27,150 bases of DNA from a virus: UHGV virus genome UHGV-0189314; one strand, 5' to 3'. Of the stretch, positions 7,664-15,296 are shown piece by piece. Position 1 is the first letter of the stretch, and every line of letters starts with the position of its first letter. Below the pieces are notes generated by a model. The model saw only the letters and a program-made list of their open reading frames with translations. It searched no databases and was not told the origin of the DNA. A program made the translations under genes and the position numbers.

Positions 7664-9269
7664 TTTATCGCATATTGCCGCCATGGCATTTAATGAGCCG
7701 CTTTTACTGGAGCCCGCCTATGCGCGGGTTTTCTTTTGCGCGCTGGGTAAAGAGATGGGGGCCGGAAGCCTTACCGTTCCTCAGCAGGCTGTTCAGCTTG
7801 ATGCTGATGGTATGCAACTGGCTGTGACTGACTATATGGCGGGCGGTCAGCGTCCGGCAAAGAGTTACCAGGTGAAGAATGGCATTGCCATTCTGCCGGT
7901 GAGCGGCACGCTGGTGCATAAACTGGGTACCCTGCGGCCTTACTCCGGCATGACAGGCTATGACGGTCTGACGGCCCGCCTTCAGATGGCGGTGAATGAT
8001 CCGGATGTGCGCGGCATTTTGCTGGATATCGACAGCCCGGGCGGTCAGGCTGCCGGGGCGTTTGACTGTGCTGACATGATTTACCGCCTGCGGGAACAGA
8101 AGCCCGTGTGGGCGCTGTGTAATGACATGGCCTGTTCAGCCGCCATGTTGCTGGCGGCAGCCTGTACGCGTCGGCTGGTCACGCAGACGGCAAAAATTGG
8201 TTCGATTGGTGTGATGATGGCGCACACCAGTTACGAGAAACAACTGGCACAGGAAGGGGTGGACATCACGCTGATTTACTCCGGGCAGCACAAGGTTGAC
8301 GGCAACAGTATTCAGGCATTGCCGGCAGGTGTGCGTGCAGATTTTCAGCGCCGTATTGATGAGGCCCGCCGGATGTTTGTCGACAAGGTGGCACGTTATA
8401 CGGGGCTGAGCGCTGAGGCGGTGATGAATACCGAAGCAGCCGTTTATGACGGTCAGGCAGGCATTGATGCAGGCCTGGCTGATCAACTGATTAATGCTGC
8501 AGATGCCGTTGAAGTGATGGTTTCTGCACTGAATGAATCTGTAACACAGGAGGAAACGATGACAGTTAAAAATCTCACCGTTGCTGAAGCGGTGGTCCAG
8601 GAAAATCAGCGCGTGATGGGGATCCTGAATTGTCAGGAGGCGAAAGGGCGCGAGCAACTGGCGCAAATGCTGGCAGGTCAGCCTGGAATGACGGTTGAGC
8701 AGGCGAAAACGTTGCTGGCTGCTGTGCCGGTTGCCGGTACTGACAGCACGGGTGATCAGATTATGGCGCTGCCGGAAGCAAAGGGGCGTGAGCAACTGGC
8801 ACAGATGCTGGCAGGTCAACCGGGGATGACGGTGGCGCAGGCGAAAGCGTTTCTGGCGGCAGCCCCTGCTGCCGGTGCTGCAGGCACAGGCGAACAGATT
8901 ATGGCGTTACCAGAAGCAAAAGGGCGTGAACAACTCGCGCAGGCGCTGGCTGAACAGCCGGGAATGACCGTTGACCAGGCCAAAACGTTACTGGCGGCGG
9001 CACCGGTTGCGGGTTCTGCAAGTGTCGGCGAACAGATTATGGCGCTGCCGGAGGCGAAAGGGCGCGAACAACTTGCACAGGCACTGACAGAACAGCCAGG
9101 AATGACGGTGGCGCAGGCGAAAACGCTGCTGGCAGCCGCGCCGGCGGCATCGCAACCGTCACAGGAAACACTTTTTGATCGCTTTATGGCACAGCATGCT
9201 GCCAGTGCGGTTTCCGGTGGCGGAACTGCCGGGCGCGGGGAGGAAGACCTGCTGATGAGTATGCCGTAA
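7653..9269 (+). CDS. C: Head maturation protease / scaffold (lambda gpC-like, S49 family) with repeat-expanded C-terminal domain
   Basis: N-terminal ~300 aa match lambda C / ClpP-like S49 protease; the C-terminal ~230 aa consist of four 46-aa tandem repeats. Start overlaps the portal stop. Confidence 0.9.
   Translation: MRRNLSHIAAMAFNEPLLLEPAYARVFFCALGKEMGAGSLTVPQQAVQLDADGMQLAVTDYMAGGQRPAKSYQVKNGIAILPVSGTLVHKLGTLRPYSGMTGYDGLTARLQMAVNDPDVRGILLDIDSPGGQAAGAFDCADMIYRLREQKPVWALCNDMACSAAMLLAAACTRRLVTQTAKIGSIGVMMAHTSYEKQLAQEGVDITLIYSGQHKVDGNSIQALPAGVRADFQRRIDEARRMFVDKVARYTGLSAEAVMNTEAAVYDGQAGIDAGLADQLINAADAVEVMVSALNESVTQEETMTVKNLTVAEAVVQENQRVMGILNCQEAKGREQLAQMLAGQPGMTVEQAKTLLAAVPVAGTDSTGDQIMALPEAKGREQLAQMLAGQPGMTVAQAKAFLAAAPAAGAAGTGEQIMALPEAKGREQLAQALAEQPGMTVDQAKTLLAAAPVAGSASVGEQIMALPEAKGREQLAQALTEQPGMTVAQAKTLLAAAPAASQPSQETLFDRFMAQHAASAVSGGGTAGRGEEDLLMSMP
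8559..9269 (+). CDS. nu3: Putative nested in-frame scaffolding protein (lambda Nu3 analogue)
   Basis: Internal in-frame ATG at 8559 preceded by strong RBS CAGGAGGAAACG. In lambda, Nu3 is translated from an internal start in the 3' part of C. Inference by analogy. Confidence 0.45.
   Translation: MTVKNLTVAEAVVQENQRVMGILNCQEAKGREQLAQMLAGQPGMTVEQAKTLLAAVPVAGTDSTGDQIMALPEAKGREQLAQMLAGQPGMTVAQAKAFLAAAPAAGAAGTGEQIMALPEAKGREQLAQALAEQPGMTVDQAKTLLAAAPVAGSASVGEQIMALPEAKGREQLAQALTEQPGMTVAQAKTLLAAAPAASQPSQETLFDRFMAQHAASAVSGGGTAGRGEEDLLMSMP
8628..9180 (+). repeat. Four tandem copies of a 138-bp (46-codon) coding repeat inside the C/Nu3 scaffold domain
   Basis: The EAKGRE-encoding codons recur at 8637, 8775, 8913 and 9051 (period exactly 138 bp). 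Peptide units: (Q)EAKGREQLAQ[M/A]LA[G/E]QPGMTV[E/A/D]QAK[T/A][L/F]LAA[V/A]P[V/A]AG...[D/E]QIMALP; copies are diverged, not identical. Confidence 0.85.
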
Positions 9270-9307
9270 GCGATATCCGGAATTCAGATAAATCAGGAGA
9301 CTGAAAA

Positions 9308-9643
9308 ATGATTAAAACCACCACGGAAAATCGCGCGGATGTGCATATTTTTGCCGGAAGCGATCCGGCGCATACTGCAACCGCCACCAGTGGTATCAGT
9401 GCTGCCACGCCTGCACTGACGCCACTGATGCTGGATGACGCCACCGGTAAACTGGTGGCATGGGATGGTCAGAAAGCCGGAACGGCAGTGGGCGTGCTGG
9501 CTCTGGCGCTTACCGGAACAGAACCCACGCTGACGTACTACAAAAGCGGTACGTTTGCCACTGAGTCGCTGGTCTGGCCTGACTCTGTGGATGCGGCGAA
9601 AAAAGCCAACGCATTTGTGGGAAGTGCCATCAGCCACGCCTGA
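9308..9643 (+). CDS. D: Head decoration protein (lambda gpD-like)
   Basis: SDPAHTATA...PALTPLMLD...KLVAWDG...YKSGTF matches lambda D ([26 protein letters not shown]...KLVAWDG...YKSGTF). RBS AGGAG upstream. Confidence 0.9.
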   Translation: MIKTTTENRADVHIFAGSDPAHTATATSGISAATPALTPLMLDDATGKLVAWDGQKAGTAVGVLALALTGTEPTLTYYKSGTFATESLVWPDSVDAAKKANAFVGSAISHA

Positions 9644-9665
9644 TGGTGAAGTGATTAACTGAAAA

Positions 9666-9696
9666 ACGGGTCGCGATGCGGCCCGTTTGTGTTTCT
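9666..9696 (+). terminator. Hairpin (ACGGGUCGC-GAU-GCGGCCCGU, one G-U pair) with T-rich tail between D and E
   Basis: 9-bp stem read directly, flanked by an A-run upstream and TTGTGTTTCTG downstream; possible attenuator. Confidence 0.35.
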
Positions 9697-9711
9697 GAAG
9701 GAAAATAAATT

Positions 9712-10740
9712 ATGGGGTTATTTACCACGCGTCAGTTACTCGGGTACACCGAGCAGAAAGTGAAATTTCGTGCGCTGTTTCTGGAGCTGTTTTTTCGTCG
9801 CACGATCACTTTCCATACTCAGGAAGTGATGCTGGATAAAATTACCGGCAAAACACCGGTTGCGGCGTATGTGTCTCCGGTGGTGTCAGGCAAAGTGCTG
9901 CGCAGCCGTGGTGGTGAAACCCGCGTGTTACGTCCCGGTTATGTAAAACCAAAACACCGCTTTGATTATCAGCAGGCAGTGGAACGTCTTCCGGGGGAAG
10001 ATCCGGCCCGTCTTAATGACCCTGCCTACCGCCGCCTGCGTATTCTGACGGACAACCTGAAGCAGGAAGAGCAGGCGATTGTGCAGGTGGAAGAAATGCA
10101 GGCGGTCAGTGCCGTTCTGCAGGGTAAGTACACCATGAGCGGGGAACAGTTTGAGACGGTGGAAGTGGATTTTGGGCGCTCTGCCGCCAATAACATTACG
10201 CAGGCTGGCGGACGCGAATGGTCACAGCAGAATGCTGACACCTTTGATCCAACGCACGATCTGGATGCGTACTGCGATTTTGCCTCCGGGACCATCAATA
10301 TCGCGATTATGGATGGCACGGTCTGGCGTATGCTGAATGGCTTTAAGCTTTTCCGTGAAAAACTGGATACCCGTCGTGGTTCAAAATCGGAACTGGAAAC
10401 CGCGCTGAAAGATCTGGGCTCCGTGGTCTCTTTTAAGGGGTATTACGGTGATCTGGCTATTGTGGTGGCGAAAACCGCTTACGTCGATGAAAACGGGGAT
10501 GAACAGCGTTATCTGCCGGAAGGCACACTGATTCTGGGGAACACTCAGGCAGAAGGTGTTCGTTGCTATGGGGCTATTCAGGATAACCAGGCGCTGAGTG
10601 AAGGGATCACCTCTGCAATTCGTTATCCAAAACACTGGCTGGAGGTGGGTGATCCTGGTTGCGAATATACCATGACGCAGTCTGCGCCGTTGATGGTGTT
10701 GCCGGATCCTGACGCGTTTGTGGTGGTTCAGGTGAAATAA
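9712..10740 (+). CDS. E: Major capsid protein (lambda gpE-like)
   Basis: Colinear with lambda E: FLELFFRR, YVSPVVSGKVLRSRGG, PGYVKPKH, DPAYRRLRI, QVEEMQAVSAVLQGKYTMSGE, EKLDTRRGSKSELETA, GNTQAEG, TMTQSAPLMVL. Confidence 0.95.
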   Translation: MGLFTTRQLLGYTEQKVKFRALFLELFFRRTITFHTQEVMLDKITGKTPVAAYVSPVVSGKVLRSRGGETRVLRPGYVKPKHRFDYQQAVERLPGEDPARLNDPAYRRLRILTDNLKQEEQAIVQVEEMQAVSAVLQGKYTMSGEQFETVEVDFGRSAANNITQAGGREWSQQNADTFDPTHDLDAYCDFASGTINIAIMDGTVWRMLNGFKLFREKLDTRRGSKSELETALKDLGSVVSFKGYYGDLAIVVAKTAYVDENGDEQRYLPEGTLILGNTQAEGVRCYGAIQDNQALSEGITSAIRYPKHWLEVGDPGCEYTMTQSAPLMVLPDPDAFVVVQVK

Positions 10741-10745
10741 GACGG

Positions 10746-10770
10746 GGCGGGATATTCCCGCCTTTTTCTT
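10746..10770 (+). terminator. Intrinsic terminator (GGCGGGA-TAT-TCCCGCC + TTTTTCTT) after the capsid gene
   Basis: 7-bp GC-rich stem, 3-nt loop, T-tract 10763-10770, directly after the E stop codon. Confidence 0.6.
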
Positions 10771-10790
10771 TAGCGCACGGGAGAGATGTG

Positions 10791-11156
10791 ATGACAAAAG
10801 AGCAGATGACTGAACGTTTGCAGGAACTGGCAGTGATTCTGGGGCGTGAAGCAGATATTTCAGGTTCAAAAGCCGATCTTGAGCAGCGCTTGGCGGAATG
10901 GGAAGAGGAGGCCGCCGGATTCGATGGGGAGGAGGCAGGGAAGGAAGAGGTGGGCAACGATGCATCCGGCGACGGAATGCATTCTGAGCGGGGACTCGCC
11001 CGGGTGCGTATGCTGAAAACGGCGCATATACCAGCCTGTGATGCTGTGACGGGAAAAATGTTGATGTTTGCCCGGGCCTCCAGTGTTGTGCTGGTCAATG
11101 AAGCCGCAGTTCCTGCGTTGCTGGCGGACGGTCTGGCAGAAAAAATCCGGGAGTGA
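10791..11156 (+). CDS. FI: DNA-packaging / head-tail attachment protein (lambda gpFI-like)
   Basis: N-terminus MTKEQMTERLQELAVILGREADISGSKADLEQRLAEWEEE resembles lambda FI (MTKDELIARLRSLGEQLNRDVSLTGTKEELALRVAELKEE, recalled). ATG 10791 with RBS GGGAGAG. Confidence 0.7.
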   Translation: MTKEQMTERLQELAVILGREADISGSKADLEQRLAEWEEEAAGFDGEEAGKEEVGNDASGDGMHSERGLARVRMLKTAHIPACDAVTGKMLMFARASSVVLVNEAAVPALLADGLAEKIRE

Positions 11157-11560
11157 TGATGTTCGATAATCTGTTCGATCAGGCCATGAGTGATGCGGAT
11201 GACATCATCCTGGATACGATGGGGACGGAAATCAGCATATATCCGGGCGGCACGGAAAGAAGAATCCGTGCCGTTTTTGATGCCCCGGCAGAAAACACCG
11301 GGATGAACACTGGCAGCGGCGAAATTCGTGATACTGCGCCCGTGTTATTTACCCGGAGCGCATGGGCCGCCGGTCTGAAAAAATATGACAGAGTTATGAT
11401 CCATGGCGAACCCTATCAGGTGGTCGATCCCGGCTGGGATGAGTCAGGCACTGCGGGTCAGGGGGTGATTACCATCACCCTTGCGCGTGGAGAGCCGGGG
11501 AGAAATACACCTGCTGCACCGGAACGACCGAGTAAACGTTATGGCAGTCAGAGAGCATGA
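11156..11560 (+). CDS. FII: Head-tail connector (lambda gpFII-like)
   Basis: MMFDNLFDQAMSDADDII..MGTE....GVFDAP resembles lambda FII (MADFDNLFDAAIARADETIRGYMGTSA...GVFDDP, recalled). Start overlaps the FI stop. Confidence 0.75.
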   Translation: MMFDNLFDQAMSDADDIILDTMGTEISIYPGGTERRIRAVFDAPAENTGMNTGSGEIRDTAPVLFTRSAWAAGLKKYDRVMIHGEPYQVVDPGWDESGTAGQGVITITLARGEPGRNTPAAPERPSKRYGSQRA

Positions 11561-12263
11561 ACGAAGCAGTGCCCGGCAGCGACGGCTGGCACGAAACCTC
11601 GTCGTCGATATTGATGAAGATGAGGTGCTGAGAATTATCGCTAAACTGGGTGGGTCAAAAAGTCAGATCCGTAAAGCCTGGGGCGTGGCGCTGAAAAGAG
11701 CCGCGTCTGCACTGCGGATGAAGGCTATGGCAGAGTTTAAAAAACAGGTTGCCCCACGCAGTCAGAAAATGATCAAAAAGCGTGTTCTGCATAATTTTAT
11801 CATTCGTCGTAACGGTGATGAGTTTGATGAGGCGAAGGTATGGTTCGGTCTGAACGCCATCAAAGTACGCGATCTGCGCGGACGCATCAGTGGGGGACGA
11901 CGCGGCGAACGCCATCAGTTGCGCGATGAGCGGGGGCGTTTTGCACCAGCTTCCCGCCGCAGGAAGGCACGGGAGATCCGTTTTAAACCTGCCGGGGAAT
12001 CCCTGCCTGTCAGCACCTGGTCAACGGATGATGCCTTTATCAACCAGTTCGAAGCGGAAAATCGTAACGGACGTATATCAAAAAGGAAAACGATACTGAT
12101 CCGGCAGGCATCCGGACGACGGAGGGTGCGTGAAGCGGAAATTGATATTTATGAAGCCATGCTGAACCGTATAGAGGATTTTGTTTTTCCGGATGCGGAA
12201 GCACTGATCCTGAAAAATTTTGAGCATGAACTGAAATTCCGGGTATTTAAGGGGCTGGAGTGA
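11541..12263 (+). CDS. Z: Putative tail-completion protein (lambda gpZ-like), very basic
   Basis: Lambda-order position after FII; Arg/Lys-rich with a C-terminal segment loosely resembling lambda Z. First ATG at 11541; the ORF-track start at 11481 is TTG. Confidence 0.45.
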   Translation: MAVREHERSSARQRRLARNLVVDIDEDEVLRIIAKLGGSKSQIRKAWGVALKRAASALRMKAMAEFKKQVAPRSQKMIKKRVLHNFIIRRNGDEFDEAKVWFGLNAIKVRDLRGRISGGRRGERHQLRDERGRFAPASRRRKAREIRFKPAGESLPVSTWSTDDAFINQFEAENRNGRISKRKTILIRQASGRRRVREAEIDIYEAMLNRIEDFVFPDAEALILKNFEHELKFRVFKGLE

Positions 12264-12826
12264 TGGAGCCATTGATGATGGGCGCCTGGCATCAGGCGGT
12301 GATTGACAGTCTGAAACAAATTCCCTGGGTGGAAGATGCCGATGAGTACCCGGAAAAAGTGACGCAACTGGTGACGCCTGCTGTGTTTGTGGATGTACCG
12401 GGCTGGGACAAGGCTCATTTTGCCGACGGGCAAACGCGGGTCACGCTGAAATGTGATCTGTTTGTGGTGACAGACCGGGCCGGGAAGACGGAAAACGTGC
12501 CAAAACCGCAGATATTTGCCCGCTGTCTGGCAATGGATTTATCTGACTGGATTGATGGAGCCACGTTCGGGCTGGATAACGTTGATCCGGCGGTTTTTAT
12601 TGATGCTGAGGTGGATACCTTCGACCGGCTGCTGGACGACTACATCGTTTTCCGTGTCTCTTTTGAACAGGACATTCCGGTCGGCGAAGATCCGTTTGCG
12701 GTTCCGGCAGGTGCGCCGTTACAGGAAGTCTGGCTGGGTAAAGTACCGGAAACCGGCAAGAGACATGAGCAGGATTATCGTCTTATCTGGAAATCGGAGG
12801 GCACCGGTGATGAGTCTGGCGGATGA
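12263..12826 (+). CDS. Hypothetical neck / tail-terminator-like protein (position of lambda U)
   Basis: Occupies the slot after Z; weak resemblance to lambda U (AVIDSLKQ vs AAVLDALEK; TPAVFVDVPGWD vs FPAVAVYLTGAEY). Stop overlaps the gpV start. Confidence 0.4.
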   Translation: MEPLMMGAWHQAVIDSLKQIPWVEDADEYPEKVTQLVTPAVFVDVPGWDKAHFADGQTRVTLKCDLFVVTDRAGKTENVPKPQIFARCLAMDLSDWIDGATFGLDNVDPAVFIDAEVDTFDRLLDDYIVFRVSFEQDIPVGEDPFAVPAGAPLQEVWLGKVPETGKRHEQDYRLIWKSEGTGDESGG

Positions 12827-13433
12827 AGTGGCAGAGTTACGCCGCAGGGTGGCGGACATGGTCCGTCGCGGCGTGGTGGACGAGGTGATCCCGGGTAGCC
12901 CGGTGATGGTCCGGGTGGATATCGGGGATGTGCTTTCGCCTCCGTTGCCCTGGATTCAGGTACAGTCCGGGCGCTACATGCAGGTCAGTAATTACCCGGC
13001 TCCCGGAGATGCCGTTACAGTGATATCGGAGGCGGGCGATCTGCGTAACGGTCGGGTGTATCCGGGGGCCAATATTGACGCTATTCCGGTACCGGCGGGC
13101 AGTGAACACGAGCATGTTATTTTGTTTGATACCGGAACGGAGATCCGTTATGACCGTCAGGCTAATGCCCTGTCCATCACGCTGGCTGAAGGCGGCAGCT
13201 ATAAAATCACCGGCAGGGGAACGCTGGACGGTCCGGTGGAAATTACGGATACCCTGACTGTGCAGGGAAAAACGAAGATAAATGCTGATACGCAGGTTCT
13301 GGGCAATATCGGTGCCTCACAGGAGATCACCGACAAAACCGGTAGCATGAGTAAAATTCGCGAAATTTATAATACTCATGATCACCCTGGCGATAGCGGG
13401 GGAACCACCCGTAAACCTAACCAGGAAATGTGA
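12810..13433 (+). CDS. V: Baseplate spike / assembly protein V (P2 gpV-like)
   Basis: C-terminal THDHPGDSGGTT is the gpV signature (P2: HTHKHPGDSGGTTG). ATG at 12810; the ORF-track upstream extension from 12516 overlaps the previous gene in another frame. Confidence 0.9.
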   Translation: MSLADEVAELRRRVADMVRRGVVDEVIPGSPVMVRVDIGDVLSPPLPWIQVQSGRYMQVSNYPAPGDAVTVISEAGDLRNGRVYPGANIDAIPVPAGSEHEHVILFDTGTEIRYDRQANALSITLAEGGSYKITGRGTLDGPVEITDTLTVQGKTKINADTQVLGNIGASQEITDKTGSMSKIREIYNTHDHPGDSGGTTRKPNQEM

Positions 13434-13455
13434 ACGCCGCACCGGCGTTTTTTTT
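13433..13455 (+). terminator. Hairpin AACGCCG-CAC-CGGCGTT + T8 between V and W
   Basis: Perfect 7-bp stem, 3-nt loop, then TTTTTTTT, immediately after the V stop codon. Confidence 0.45.
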
Positions 13456-13467
13456 CGGAAAAATTTC

Positions 13468-13824
13468 ATGATTGGTATTGATTCCGCCACCGGCAGATAT
13501 CTGCACGGTAACGAACATCTGCGTCAGTCCGTCACCGATATTCTGTCAACACCGGTCGGCAGCCGTGTTCTTCTCAGGGAATACGGCAGCAGGTTGTTCA
13601 GTCTGCTTGATAACCCGCAGGATGATTTCACACGGGTGAGGATTGTCCGTGAAACGGCAACTGCCCTGGAACGATGGGAACCCCGCCTGACCCTCCGTCG
13701 GGTGGAGGTGACGTGGACCGGAGAAGGAAGCGCCTGGCTGACGCTTGTCGGGGTGAACAACGAGACACAGGAAACGATTCGACTCGAGGAGATAAAAATT
13801 GGCAACGTCTCAGGCAATCATTGA
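13468..13824 (+). CDS. W: Baseplate wedge protein W (P2 gpW / T4 gp25-like)
   Basis: ILSTPVGSRVLLREYGSRLFSLLDNPQ...LERWEPRLTL matches P2 W (ILRTPVGSRVMRRDYGSLLASMIDQPQ...KWEPRVTL). Confidence 0.85.
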   Translation: MIGIDSATGRYLHGNEHLRQSVTDILSTPVGSRVLLREYGSRLFSLLDNPQDDFTRVRIVRETATALERWEPRLTLRRVEVTWTGEGSAWLTLVGVNNETQETIRLEEIKIGNVSGNH

Positions 13825-14713
13825 TCTGTCCGCGATACCGGTACCGGATGCGGTGGAAGTGCCGGACACCGCTGTGCTGGTTACTCAGATAGTGGCGAAG
13901 TATCAGGAGCTGGATACGTTGTTTTCGGCCCTGGTGGAATCCGATCCGGCGTATAAATGGGCAGAGGCACTGGCTTTTCGCGTGGCGCTGATGCGCCAGC
14001 AGGTCAATGATGCTGTCCGGGGTGTACTGCTTGCCAGCGCCCGGAGGAACGACCTGGATCAGATTGGTGCGAATTTTCAGGTGCAACGTCTGGTGATTAC
14101 CCCGGCAGACGACAGCACCATCCCGCCCACGCCTGCGGTGTATGAAGATGATGATGCTTTTCGCGAACGTATCCAGTTGTCATGGGCACGACTCAGCACC
14201 GCAGGCGCGAAAAACGCATATCACTATTTTGCACAGAGTGCCGATCCTGATGTGCTGGATGTGAAAGCCTATGGGCCGGAAACGCATTCACAGGAAGGGC
14301 GTGTTTTTCTTTATGTGTTATCGCGAACCGGAAACGGTACGGCATCACAACCCCTGCTGGATAAGGTGGCCGCGTCAGTTAATGATGATGAAATCCGACC
14401 CCTGACGGATTTTGTCAGCGTCCGTGCGGCAGACATTATTCCCTACGATGTGGTGGCAGATATTCATATTCCCTACGGGCTGGACGGTGAACTGGTGATG
14501 AAAAATGCCCGCCAGGCGCTGCAGACCTACACTGACAGTGTTCACCGGATTGGCTCTGTGGCGTCCTGCTCTGGCATGGACGGAGCCCTGCATCAGACCG
14601 GTGTGATTACGGTGGCACTGAAATCGCCGGCCAGCGATATTGTTCCGGCGATGGGGCAGGCTCCATGGTGTCGCTCAGTCACACTGAACAAGGTGGAGAC
14701 AACCGATGAATGA
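13799..14713 (+). CDS. J: Baseplate assembly protein J (P2 gpJ-like)
   Basis: IIDLSAIP, NDLDQIGANF, RLVITPADDSTIPPTPAVYEDDDAFRERIQ match P2 J (IIDLNQLP, NDLDVIGANY, RLTITPADDSTIPPTPAVMESD). Probable TTG start at 13799 after RBS GAGGAG; no in-frame ATG nearby. Confidence 0.9.
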   Translation: MATSQAIIDLSAIPVPDAVEVPDTAVLVTQIVAKYQELDTLFSALVESDPAYKWAEALAFRVALMRQQVNDAVRGVLLASARRNDLDQIGANFQVQRLVITPADDSTIPPTPAVYEDDDAFRERIQLSWARLSTAGAKNAYHYFAQSADPDVLDVKAYGPETHSQEGRVFLYVLSRTGNGTASQPLLDKVAASVNDDEIRPLTDFVSVRAADIIPYDVVADIHIPYGLDGELVMKNARQALQTYTDSVHRIGSVASCSGMDGALHQTGVITVALKSPASDIVPAMGQAPWCRSVTLNKVETTDE

Positions 14714-15296
14714 CGATATCAGGAGCATACTGCCGGTCAGTGCCAGCCGGGCAGAGCGGGTGGTGGACTGTGTCGCCGGAGATATGCTGTCAGATATAGC
14801 GGTCTGCCTGATCCGCTATGTGAAAAATCCCGATTTATGTCCTGCTGAATTGCTGCCATGGCTGGCCTGGGAAATGGCGGTGGACACCTGGAATGAACAC
14901 TGGACGGAGACGGAAAAAAAGTCTGCGATAAAACGTGCTGCTTACATCCACCGCCACAGAGGGACTAAAGCGGCGCTGATGGCATCGCTGGCTGACAGTC
15001 CCTTCCGGTCGCAGATTGTTGAGTGGTATGAGCAGACCCCACCCGGGGAGCCGTATACCTTTCGTTTGAACGTGGAGCAGAAGGATTTACCGGTGCTGAT
15101 GAATGATCATCAGGATCTGAAGCATGCGGTACTCCGTGCCAAAAATCTGCGTAGCTGGTTCAGTATTCACGTTTACGGGAACAGCACAGGGCGGGGATTT
15201 GGTTACGGTTATGTGATGGCGACAGAAAAAATCAGAAGTAACGGTGTGATAACAAAGACAGTGCCCACTGGCGGGCAGAGTGAGGCAGGAGTATGA
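14706..15296 (+). CDS. I: Baseplate / tail protein I (P2 gpI-like)
   Basis: NPDLCPAELLPWLAWEMAVDTWNEHW matches P2 I (NPDTCPANLLPWLAWAFSVDRWDEKW); start overlaps the J stop. Confidence 0.85.
   Translation: MNDDIRSILPVSASRAERVVDCVAGDMLSDIAVCLIRYVKNPDLCPAELLPWLAWEMAVDTWNEHWTETEKKSAIKRAAYIHRHRGTKAALMASLADSPFRSQIVEWYEQTPPGEPYTFRLNVEQKDLPVLMNDHQDLKHAVLRAKNLRSWFSIHVYGNSTGRGFGYGYVMATEKIRSNGVITKTVPTGGQSEAGV

Noticed and set aside
8628-9180. Possible CRISPR-like or non-coding repeat array in the 138-bp repeats
   Set aside because: Repeats are contiguous with no unique spacers, in frame within a coding gene, and diverged mainly at synonymous or conservative positions; they encode protein repeats.
12516-12809. 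Upstream extension of the gpV ORF (ORF-track start 12516)
   Set aside because: The extension overlaps the preceding gene in another frame and has no resemblance to gpV; ATG at 12810 gives a P2-sized protein.
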